NCBI RefSeq assembly: GCF_000143415.4
Contig: NW_003314319.1
Location: 834,365-898,364 of the forward strand
Reading direction: 5' to 3'
Source of the DNA: Selaginella moellendorffii
Taxonomy: Eukaryota; Plantae; Lycopodiophyta
DNA: 64,000 nucleotides
The translations under genes were made by a program, and so were the position numbers. Shown here piece after piece: positions 13,763-25,714 of this stretch; the first letter of the stretch is position 1; every line of letters begins with the position of its first letter. The notes under the pieces were generated by a model that saw nothing but the letters and a program-made list of their open reading frames with translations, searched no databases and was not told where the DNA came from.

Positions 13763-14335
13763 AGAGACAAAAGGTGCCACAATTGTGATACGAAAAGCCT
13801 CTTCAGCTCTAGCAGTGTTGTCAATAACCAATTTTCTCTCAAGGAGGTATCGGCATTCTAGATCCTCTTTTCTATGTTTTTGATAAACGGCAAGTCCTCT
13901 AATGAAATGTTGACAAGAAAGATAAGTGTCACATTTTCCAAAAAATATAACTTCACTCGATTCATCTCACTCGCAATTGGCTCCAACAATCGACTCCTTG
14001 GGTCGTCACTAGTGTTGTCGACTGGATCCAAAGCCTTCACTACCACTCACTAGATTTCTATTGGAAATTCTATTTTCCTTGACTCGCTCCACTCAATCTT
14101 ACCTTGGAAACCACATGAGAGGTGTTGAGCAGCAACTCTAGAATCTCCCAAAATCATTGACATCCTTGTTGATGAGCTAGGCAAGCTCATTCTTGAGCAC
14201 TGCAAGGTGACTGCGCAGCTCACCGTGCAGCACTTTGAGTAGCATGAAGCTGCGGCTAGAAATGTGGGCGCACAATCAAAACCCTGAAAAATAAAACTTG
14301 AGTTTGGCATGCTAAAATAAACACATTCATGAGCT

Positions 14336-14641
14336 TCAAGTAGATTTGTTTAAGTCTATTACATAAGTTGTGAGAATGTTTCTAAGCTCCATAGCAGTGA
14401 TATGAGGCTCTGGTCGGTGGCCTTGTGGTGGATTAGTCACTGGCTTAGACTTAATGTCTATTTGCCCTATGTCACCTGTACCAATAATGAAGTTATGCAG
14501 AATGCAAGCTGTTTTTATGGCAACTATTAGTTGAGTGATGGTCTCAACTTCAACTAACTTCCTAAAAATCCTTCAATGACCTTTATGCAATCCAAAACTT
14601 CTCTCACATGCCATCCTTAAAGACGACAAGTAAAAGCTGAA
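14336..14641 (-). pseudogene. PIF/Harbinger transposase (DDE_Tnp_4) C-terminal remnant, truncated by the LTR-B insertion
   Basis: My translation: FSFYLSSLRMACERSFGLHKGH*RIFRKL...AIKTACILHNF, matching the Harbinger motif F...LS..R...ER.FG..K..W.I......AC.LHNF. Confidence 0.8.
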
Positions 14642-17361
14642 TGTGTAAGCGACCAAATTTTCCATTCTACTTTAGTCACTTAACCGCACCTCCGACCACT
14701 TGAAGGAGTCTCATTCACAACCTCCATAAGTCCAATTCAAGACTTGGGGTTAGCTAGCCCCGAGAATGGCATCCATGCCACTCAACTTTTGCACCTGGTC
14801 CAAGTGCCCCACGTGTCCAATCCCATGACAGACACTTAAAGGTACCACCGACATAACAACCTATTATGCTAAGGGCATGCCCAATCACCTTTGCCGCACT
14901 GGTAGTCCAATACCATTTGCATCACAGTCTTGTCTTTCCAAAACTGGGCCAACCATCCATGAGTGGTCATCCCAGATCCACTCTTTAGCATCCTTAGGAT
15001 GCCCACCGACAAGGGGAACAACCTTCCCCAATATCCCTCTTTCAGTCCCCACCAAGTCCCTTCCTACCCATGGCCGTGTTCACCAACACTACCACTAGGT
15101 CAAGGCCCATAGGCCCGACCACTAAGTCCCAATGTCCTTTGGGACTTCCTCACCATGTGACTGTATCTTTAGTCACTACGCCAGAGGTTTGCCCCTCTTC
15201 CTTTCCACAATCTGGGACTTTGGGACAACATTTTGGAACACTATGGCCTTACGCAAGCCACCTAGGTACTCTCCCTGCCTTTCACCCTTGGGTGCTCTAG
15301 CCATGGGCCGTTGAGCCACGCTAGGTATCCAAGTAGGTAGTGCCACCCACACTTGGATTGGGAGCATCGACCATTCGATCTCCTGGGGGAACTAGAGTCA
15401 GCTTTTGAACACTTCACCAAGCTACCCCACTTGTCTATCCGTATTCACTCTAGTCTTGGACTTCCCAGTGGTCATCCCATCACCCAACAACTGGGTATGG
15501 CCTTCCTGGGCCAAACTAGCCTTTCCTGGCCAAACTGGCTCCACTGGGTTCCAACCCCCACACTCTCCCTACTATACTTTGGAACCCCCCGCAGCCCTCC
15601 CCCCCTGGGGGACGATCATTTTGGGCTTTCACCCAATTGCCTGTATTAGTATTCGGACTCGGACTCGGACTCGGACTCGGATTCGGACTCGGTCCCAGTC
15701 TCGGTCTCGGTCTCGGTTCCATCTCGGGTCCATCTCGTGTCTATCTCGGATTCCATCTCGGGTCCATCTCGGACTCCATCTAGGGTCCATCTCGGACTCC
15801 ATCTCCGGTCCATCTCGGACTCCATCTCGGGTCCATCTCGGACTCCATCTCGGGTCCATCTCGAACTGCATCTCGGACTCCCATCTCGGGTCCATCTCGA
15901 ACTGCATCTCGGACTCCCATCTCGGGTCCATCTCGGACTCCATCTTGGACTCCATCTCGGGTCCATCTCAGGTCCATCTCGGACTCCATCTCGGGTCCAT
16001 CTCAGGTCCATCTCGGACTCCATCTCGGGTCCATCTCGGACTTCATTTCAGACTCCATCTCGGACTCTATCTCAGACTCCATCTCGAGTCCATCTTGGAC
16101 TCCTCTTGTGTCTTTTTTTTAGAGACTCACTTATTGCTTGCTCATGCTCATTCTTTGAGCACTTCGTTACTAGGAGTTCCACTCCCACTCTCGACTCTTC
16201 AAGTCAGAGCATTTAGTCCAAACGTGTTACGCTCGTTTGGTTTCTGCTTCGGCCACTACCACGTGGCACCCTTTCAGCTCCACTTTGGGGCCTAGGGATT
16301 TGGTGTCTCACAACTCCACCACCCATAGACGAACTTTGATGTCCTTATCGAACGGTAAACCATTTTATAAAGTAACACTTGCATGTGTTACTATTTCCAT
16401 CCTTGGCACCTAGCCAATATTTATCTATGGTTTGACATTGAAGGCTCACCATGCCTTATCCATCCTCTAAAGAGCATAGTGTAAGCCACAAATTTTTCCT
16501 TTCCAATTTGCCAGCTTACCTCGTCTATCCGTCCAACACTGCCTTGGCTTTCGCTAAGTTCCCTTGCCAAGGTTCTCGCCTATGGTACCAGCTCCTACTT
16601 GGTTTTAGCTACTCACTGCACGAGCAATGGAGTGTTAGCCATCCTTCCACGGATTCCCAAATCACTCCCAATCCCCCTCCCCGGGTTAGACTGGACTTAA
16701 GGTTCGGCTACACTCCCTGCAAACACAAGCAGCCAAGCACACCAAGCTTCCAGGTTCCTAACATCCCTTGGTACCACAAGACTTGATCATGGGACCCTCT
16801 AAATCCCAAGTCTTGAGTGCAACACTTGCTTCGGGACGCCGAGGCGAAACACCGTGGCCTAGTGGCCCGGTATGGGTACCTCTACCCCCCCCCCACTTCC
16901 ATCCCAAAGGAAGGCCCAAGCCCCTAGGAAGGGCGAGGACCAATGAGCCGCATGGTACTCAAGTGGGGCACCACTCCACATGAGCCGGGAGCACCGCGAT
17001 CGGTTTCCCTTTTGGGAGTGGGAGCTGCTCTTGAGCACTTCCTTGGATGGCCCCTCTGGCACCAGCCAAGTCCATGCTCACTCCCACCCAAAGCCCCTTG
17101 GTCCCAGTCTCAACCTCAAGTCGGTTTGGGAGCTCCACTGGAGAGTCCCTTCAAAACTAATTCCTGAACCTCACTATCCCTACTATACTTTTGGAACCCC
17201 CTGCAGCGCCCCCCCCCCCTGGGAGACGCACGCTTTGGGCTTTCACCCCTTGACCCGTATTAGTATTTGGACTTAGTCTCTGGCTCGATCTCGGACCCGA
17301 TTTCGGATCCGACTTCGGATTTGGTTTCGGACTCGATCTCGGACTCGATCTCGGACCCGAT

Positions 17362-17508
17362 NNNNNNNNNNNNNNNNNNNNNNNNNNNNNNNNNNNNNNN
17401 NNNNNNNNNNNNNNNNNNNNNNNNNNNNNNNNNNNNNNNNNNNNNNNNNNNNNNNNNNNNNNNNNNNNNNNNNNNNNNNNNNNNNNNNNNNNNNNNNNNN
17501 NNNNNNNN
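17362..17508. other. Assembly gap (N run) in the LTR-C tandem array
   Basis: Run of N. Confidence 0.99.
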
Positions 17509-18034
17509 CGGTCCTAGAGTCGGTCTTGGACTCGATCCTCGACTTGGTCCCATCCGATGAACTCTTTGTCATTTCGGTCAAGCTTTTGGGGTTCCTTTAG
17601 CCTACGACATCTCGGGGAGTCGGTTCCTTACAACTCCACCACCCATAGAAGAAGTTCGATGCCCACATCGAACGTCTCATTTTATCCTACGACTTGTTGA
17701 CCATGTCTTCGGGGGCATCCCCCCACTTAGCGGTGTGCCTAAGTCAGCCTCCCCAGCCAAGAGCCCATGACAACGGAATATAGGTGTCCTTATACTCCTC
17801 ACCTCACCACGCCCTAGTATGGGGTCGGGACTTGAACCCAGCCTTGCTTTACTAGGGGGTTGGGACTTGAACCCAACCTCCGTAGAATACGTCTACGGAT
17901 TCGACATCCCCACAGGGAGTCGGGCGTAGCTCCCTACGCCTGGTCGACCTAGCTAACCCATGCTAATTAGCTTACCTTCGGCGTGCCTTCGGGTCCCAAC
18001 ATATGCCATTGCTCAACTTCTCAAATTGATACTT

Positions 18035-21000
18035 TTAATTGAACTTTGCATAAGTACATAGAGTTTTGCCATGCAGAAATTCCTCCACAAGATCTCGCGC
18101 GTTCGCTAGGTTCTCCTCCGGTTCCCATGTTGCTTCGCAGTGTGGAAATCCTTTCCACTTCACATGGAACTCTCTCACCTCGCGTCCTTGTCGCTTGCTC
18201 TTGCGCGCATTGAGGATGGCCTCGACTTCGTATTCCTCCTCCCCTTGGATAACCTCAGGTAAAGGTCTTACTTGGTCCTTGCGAAGCAGATCCTCAAAAT
18301 ACGGCTTGAGTAAGTTCACGTGGAACATGGGATGCATCTTCCCCATCTCTCGAGGAAGTCGGAGACGGTAAGCCACTTTACCGATTCGAGCCTCAATCTC
18401 GTAAGGCCCCGCGAACCTGCTTAAGGAACTCAAGATCAATTCATTTACAGGAATACATGCATTTTTACCTTTGGGTCAACTTTCGGCTGATCCCACTTGG
18501 TAGCCTGAGGTTCTTGGTGTTCAGCCACACCTTCTCCCCAGCTTGGAACTCCACATCCCGACGCTTTTGGTTCGCGTACTTAGTTTGCCTTTGTTGAGCC
18601 CGTTCCAAGGATCCCTCACTAGATTCCAAATGTTAAGTCTTTCCGCCGTGAATGCCTCCACTGCGGGTAACTCTCCATGATACTCGGCCACGCCGAGTTC
18701 CATAGGACCTTCAATAGCTCGCCCATTGATGACTTCCCATGGACTCACCCCGATGCTCGAATGTGGTGAGTTGTTATAACACATTTCCGCAAGTCCCAAA
18801 TGACTCACCCAGTCGGTCTGGTCTCGCGAGACATAGCATCGCAAATAATCCTCCAGCTGCCTATTCACCCTTTCCGTTTGTCCGTCTGTCAAGAAGTGTT
18901 AGTGCCATCAATCTTGACTTAATACCCATTACCTGTCTGTGGGTGATAGGCTGTGCTGAATTTTAACTTGGTGCGATACTGTTCTAGGAGTGTCCTTCAG
19001 AACCTACTGGTGAAGATCTTATCTCGATCTGAGATAATCTCTTCCGGCCTTCCCCGCACTCGAACCACTTGTTCGAAGAACAGCTTCGCCACACCTTCCA
19101 CATCCACTTCCGTTGTGGTGGGTATGAAATGTGCCATCTTCGAAAATCGGTCCACCACCACGAATATCGCATCGAACCCCTCGCTTGGGGGTAGTCCCGT
19201 GATGAAGTCCATTGTGAGACATTTCCACGGACAATCTGGAATGGGGATGCTTTGCAACAAGCCCCCACTAGCCTTAGTCACGGCTTTGACCTGCTGACAT
19301 GTTGGACATGTCTTTACATAGTCTTGGACGTCCTTAGCCATATCTGGCCAGTGATACTTCCTTTTGAGTAAGCCCATCGTCTTGGGCACTCCGCCGTGTC
19401 CCGCGAGAGGTCCGTCATGACACTCTTCCAAGGCTACCTTCCTTAGTTCCCCTTCTGAAACATACACCCTCGTTTACTTGTAATAGATGAGTCCATTGCA
19501 TTCCGCATAGCCCGTTTTCTCTTCCGTTGGCAGCTCACCTCTCTGGTGAGCTTCCCGCGCCTCTAGATTCCTCAGCAACACTTCTTGTGCTAGACCGTCG
19601 TTCTCGTATGCAGTCCGCACATCATCCCAAAAGGTTGCTGTCGCGCTAGATATCGCCAACTTCAAGCTCGCTTTTCGACTTAGCGCATCTGCCACGATGT
19701 TGCTCTTCCCAGGCTTGTACAGGATCTCGCAATCAAACTCGGCCAAAGCATTGGCCCACCGACCTTGTTTTCCCCTTAGGTCGGGCTGTGACAAGAAGTG
19801 TTTCGTTGCCACATTATCCGTGTAAACTTTGAAGTGTCTCCCAAGGTAGTGTCGCCACTCCTTGAGCACCTTGACCACCACAAACAATTCCTTCTCATGG
19901 GCAGGCCACTTCTATTGAGCCTTGTCCAACTTCTTCGAGAAAAATGCTACTGGATGGTTGTCCTGCTTCAAAACTGCGCCCAACGCAAAGTCTGAAGCAT
20001 CTGTTTCTACCTCAAAGTCCTTACCAAAGTCTGGTAATGCCAACACGGGGGCCTTCCTCAACTTCCCTTTGAGGTGGACGAATGCCGCCTCGCATTCTGC
20101 TGTCCATACCATCTTCCCTTTTCCCGTTTGGTCCGTTAAGGGCAGGGCTACTCTCAAATAGTGTCTGATAAACTTTCGATAGTAGTTGCATAGCCCCAAG
20201 AATGCCCTCAACTCATGTACATTCGATGGTCGCTCCCATTCCTAGATCGCTTGGACCTTCTCCGGGTCCACCTTGAGCCCGTCCTGGCCCACCACATGCC
20301 CGAGAAACTTTACCTCTTGTTGAGCAAAGTCACATTTGCTCTCTTTAGCATACAGTTTGTGTTCCCTTAGTTTCTCAAACACCTTCGCCAAGTGTTCGGC
20401 ATGCTCCTCTAGCGTCTCGCTATAGATCAGGATGTCGTCAATATAGACGACCACGAAGTGATCCAGATAGAGTACAAAGATGTGGTTCATCAATGCCGAA
20501 AACGTTGCCGGCACATTGCACAGCCCAAAGGGCATCACCAAAAACTCAAAGCTCCCATACCTCGTTCGACAGGTTGTCTTCTCGACATCTTCCTCAGCTA
20601 CCCTGATCTGGTAGTATCCTGACCTTAGGTCAATCCTCGAGAAGTATTTTGCCTTTCCCAACCTATCGAACAGGTCCTCAATCCTTGGCAAAGGGTACTT
20701 GTTCTTCTTTGTATACTTGTTGAGCAACCGGTAATCTATGCACATGCGCATAGATCCATCTTTCTTTTTCACAAATAGCACCGGTGCCCCATACGGCGAT
20801 TTGCTCAACCTAACATACCCTTTGTCCACCAACTCCTCTAGTTGGCGTTTGAGCTCCGCGAGTTCTTTTTCGTTCAAACAATAGGGTGGACGAACCACCG
20901 CCTCAGCGCCCTCGACCAGCTCAATCTTATGTTCTATCGGCTGTGCGGGGGGCAACCCCGCCGGTAGCTCCTCCAGCATGGTATCCTGGAATTGGTCCAA

Positions 21001-22808
21001 CACCCGCTGGATCACTAAAGGTACTTCTTCCATTCCTGTCTTTTTGTCACTCTTCACCGAGAGTAAGCACAAAAAGGCTGCCTTAGTTCCTTTAGTGAGT
21101 TGTCCTCTCGTGGACACCAGGTTTAAGCAGGATTCTTTGGCCTTGCTTTGCCCTACCTTTAGATCCTGGGCCTCCACCCTAGATCTTCTTCCTTGGGCAT
21201 TCGCCAGTACCACAAGGTTCCTACCTTGTCCATGTAGGGCTACCACGAACCGATTGAACCAATCCATTCCGAAGATCACGTCAAATCCCGCCATGTCCAA
21301 CACGGTGAAATCCATGTCTACTTTCCATGTCCCTACTTCGACTCTCGCTTGTCGAAGTACCTCATCGGTGCTTTGACTACCTTGAACAAACTCAAACCGG
21401 TCCTTGGTTCGCCTAGCCGCTGCACCGTTAGTCCGGCTTGCCGGACTATGTCTGCAGCCACAAAATTATCCGAAGCACCCGTGTCAATAAGGATCTTAAC
21501 AAAGCTACCTCCGAGCTTCCCTCGGAGGGCTAGTAGATGTCGCGAACGACTCTCTACCAAAGTTGCTCGTGTAATGAGCAACTTTGAGTTAAGGACTGGA
21601 TCACATACCTCAGTTTGGACTTCACCCGACTTGATGGCCATATTGGCTCTGGCCTTCTTCGGGTAGGGACATTCCCTCGAGAAGTGTCTCGCTTCACCGC
21701 AGTTGTAGCATACGTTGTTTCCCACGCTGCTATATGACTTGACCTTCTTATCCATGGGTTTGTCTCTTTTCGCTTGGCTCCCCCACGTACTCGCTCGCTG
21801 GCCACCGGATTTGCCTTTCCGGAACCCCGAGGACTCATTCTTAGAGAAACTCTTCTTGAATTTCCCCCTGCTATACGTTCCCCTTGGTTTAGCTCCTTTG
21901 CTAAACGTGGATCCCGAACCCGTCGTGTTCCCCTTTCGCAGGTTATCGTTGAAATGCACCTTGATGGCCGCATCCAACGCTTCCTTGTAGTTGGTCGGGT
22001 TCTAGCGCATCACTTCACCGCGAGCCAAGGTTTGCAAACCTGATATAAAGGCATGGAACGCATCCATATCCCCCATGTCCGTGACAAGTATCCTCTTTGC
22101 CATGAACCCATTCACATATTCCTAGATGGTTCCAGTCTGCTTCAGCCTACTCAGCTCATCTCTCAGATGCAGAGTGGCATTCGGAGGAACGTATGTTGCG
22201 CGGATCCTCGCCTTCATCATGTCCCAGGTGGCCACCGGTCCTTCGTTGGCCTCCGTTGTTCTCCACCAAGACTTGGCATTATCTGCCAAGTATGGTTTTG
22301 CACATGGGACCTTCTCTGAGCTCGGTAATCGCAACGCTCGGAAGTAGTCCTCCATATCGTAAAACCAATCCTCCACAACCTTATAGTCGTTCACTCCCTT
22401 GAACACCGGTGGGGGCTTTGGTTTGTACTTGGGAACTGCCTGAGGGACTGATTCCACTTTGGTCTGTTCGACCTTGTCTGGTTTTGCCTCAGTCCCTGCC
22501 GAAGGGTCCGCACCTTCTGCGCTGCCAGCATCCGCAGTCTTTCACTTTTTCTTCCGCTTCTCGTCACGCTTTAACTTGCGTATGAGAGTCTCTAGCAGGG
22601 CATTGGTCTATGCCAATTGTCCTTCTAGCACGTCCAATCGAGCCTTGGACGACCGAACCTCGCCACCGGACTCCTGTTTGGAAGTTTCCTCACTAGAGTC
22701 CTTCTCATGCAAGGATTCCTCATCCATAGCCTCTTGTTCAACCGGAGGCTGCAGCTCCGGCGGAGGTTCCGTCTCCGCCTGGGTTCGCTTATGCCCTGCC
22801 CTTGCCAT
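18035..22808 (-). pseudogene. gag-pol polyprotein (Gag, Zn knuckle, protease, RT, RNase H, integrase, chromodomain) broken by stops and frameshifts
   Basis: Motifs [46 protein letters not shown]...AGH...CPTCQ, MDFITGLP...VVVDRFSK and YEVEAIL...VKWKGF...ATWEPEENL, split across about 8 ORFs. Confidence 0.95.
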
Positions 22809-25714
22809 CTCCCAGCAATCCGCCTCTATCCTTCGCTAGAACTGAGGAAAAGGCTCCAATACCAAATTGTAAGCCACAAATTTTTCCTTTCCAATTTGCC
22901 AGCTTACCTCGTCTATCCGTCTAACACTGCCTTGGCTTTCACTAAGTTCCCTTGCCAAGGTTCTCGCCTATGGTACCAGCTCCTACTTGGTTTCAGCTAC
23001 TCACTGCACGAGCAACGGAGTGTTAGCCATCCTTCCACGGATTCCCAAATCACTCCCAATCCCCCTCCCCGGGTTAGACTGGACTTAAGGTTCGGCTACA
23101 CTCCCCACAAGCACAAGCAGCCAAGCACACCAAGCTTCCAGGTTCCTAACATCCCTTGGTACCACAAGACTTGATCATGGGACCCTCTAAATCCCAAGTC
23201 TTGAATGCAACACTTGCTTCGGGACGCCGGGGCGAAACACCGTGGCCTAGCGGCCCGGTATGGGTACCTCTACCCCCCTCCACTTCCATCCCGAAGGAAG
23301 GCCCAAGCCCCTAGGAAGGGCGAGGACCAATGAGCCGCATGGTACTCAAGTGGGGCACCACTCCACATGAGCCGGGAGCACCACAATCGGTTTCCCTTTC
23401 GGGAGTGGGAGCTGCTCTTGAGCACTTTCTTGGATGGCCCCTCCGGCACCAGCCAAGTCCATGCTCACTCCCACCCAAGGCCCCTTGGTCCCAGTCTCAA
23501 CCTCAAGTCGGTTTGGGAGCTCCACTGGAGAGTCCCTTCAAAACTGGTTCCTAGACCTCACTATCCCTACTATACTTTTGGAACCCCCTGCAGCCCCCCC
23601 CCCCCTGGGGGACGCACGCTTTGGGCTTTCACCCCTTGACCCGTATTAGTATTTGGACTTAGTCTCTGGCTCGATCTCAAACCCGATTTCGGATCCGACT
23701 TCGGATTCGGTCTCGGACTCGATCTCAGACCCGATCTCGGACCTGATCTTGGACCCGACCTCGGACTCGACCTCGGACTCGGTCTCGGACCCGATTTCGG
23801 ATCTCGAACTCGGTCTCGAACTCGGACTCGAACTCGGTCCCTGAGTCGGTCTCGGACTCGATTCCGGACTCTATCTCGAACTCGGTCCTAGAGTCGGTCT
23901 TGGACTCGATCTTCGACTTGGTCCCATCCGATGAACTCTTTGTCATTTTGGTCATGCTTTCGGGGTTCCTTTAGCCTACGACACCTCGGCGAGTTGGTTC
24001 CTTACACATAGTCTCTCCAATATAGAGACTCATTCGACCACCTAGGGTGGTTTACTCCCTTTTATTGGTTCAATTCTTGCTAAACCTATTAGAGACACCT
24101 TCTCTAACCCAATCCCATTACTCATTCCCGAGTAGTCTCAATTCCCATCAATATAAACTTTGCACTTTGGAACTTTTAATTTTGACTTCTTAGAGTCAAT
24201 TTCCTAAGTGTCTCCGACACCTTGCTTTGCACATTTTGTGCATCTCCACTACTTCATCCTAGGAAGTTCTCTACTCAAGGGCACCATTATCCTCTTTTCT
24301 ATTTTGTGTCACTATTGGCACTACATTCCATTTATCATTATTTGTGCTAGGGCTGTCCACGGCCTTATCTTTTGGCTACTTTACTACTCCCTCACTTGGA
24401 GCTTTTATTTTGCCAAATTGAAGCACTTGGGAATCCATCCTTGGAAGTCCACTTCCTTTCCCACAATCTGTTAGCATCAAACACATTAATGTTCCTTGGC
24501 TAGCTTTGCCATTTGGATTCCTTCCAATGAATTCCATGGCCCAAACTTGGCCATTAGTCGTTTGCTCCTATCTGTTAATTGTTACACTAAGCAACATAAG
24601 CTCACTACCTCCATCCTTGAGGTATTCTTTTGTTTCCATGGCAAAGGCTCCACTTTACCAAGTCCAGAGGGTGCTCACCCCTAGTACATCTTATTAGTAT
24701 CTTCTGCTGTGGGCTCCATCCACGGCCCAACTTTGTGACCCTCCCATGGGTCTTTTATAGAGACTACTTTTTTCGGACTCACTATGCCATCACATTAATT
24801 CCCTTATATGTTCTTCCCACTTGGTCACCTTGACCAAGCCACACCATCATCAATATTTCAAATTAACATTTTGAACTAGGAACCTTATTCCTTTACCTAA
24901 ACAAAAATTTGTCCTTATTTAGCCACAAGATCACCTAATGATCTCACCTTGGTCACCTTGACAGGTTTACCAATAGATACTAGGTCTTCTAGACCTTTAA
25001 CTTGTTGACCATGACCCTGGGGGCATCTCCCACACTTAGCAGTGTGCCCAAGCTAACCCTTCCGACCAAGGGTCCATAGCAACTGAGACTAGGTGTCCCC
25101 ATTTCATTCACCACGTCCTTGGTGCCACTTGCACCAAAGTGTTCAAGTTAGATATGCCAAGCCATACTAAACAATCTAACTGTGCATCATGACTCTGGGG
25201 CATCCCTCCTCTTGGCGGTGTGCCCAAGCCAGTCTCCTTACTGAGAGTCTATGACCATTGAAAAATGAGTGTAAGCTCTATTTCGTTAAAGTGGGAATTG
25301 TCATTATCCCACTTGTAAAATAAGGTTTCCAAACCTTTATATAGTATATAAATATAACAAAATTCAACTGCATTGAGGCACATGCCATTTTATTTTAAAC
25401 AAGGAAATGTCTACTCAATCACTTCTCCTCCCCCTGCCACTGCTTCACCTCTCTCTTCTCCTTGTCATCGTCGTCCAATTTCTTTCCATCCTTTTAATAT
25501 TGGCTCAGTTGCTCCGAGTCTAGGTGGAGCCCAAGTCCCCATTCAATCTTTACTTTCCCATTATTAATAAAACAACTTCGTAGACTTCCAATAACATGCT
25601 GTAACACTTCTAGTATAATGCAAATCCTCTCAAAGAATTGTCTTTTAATATTAATACAATTGCATGGAACACCATGCCATAATAAGTTACATTTTTAAAT
25701 AAATACATGCCATC

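Larger units (their letters stand above)
16480..24006 (-). mobile_element. Full-length Ty3/gypsy chromovirus (family C). LTRs 16480-17632 and 22868-24006; TSD CATAG
   Basis: TGTAAGCC...CTTACA near-identical LTRs; CATAG at 16475-16479 and 24007-24011; iMet-like PBS TGGTATTGGAGCC at ~22852-22864; PPT at ~17633-17644. Confidence 0.96.

Noticed and set aside
17695-17790. Hammerhead ribozyme (retrozyme) or canonical twister
   Set aside because: No CUGANGA/GAAA core and no complete twister consensus; kept only as an unknown structured motif.
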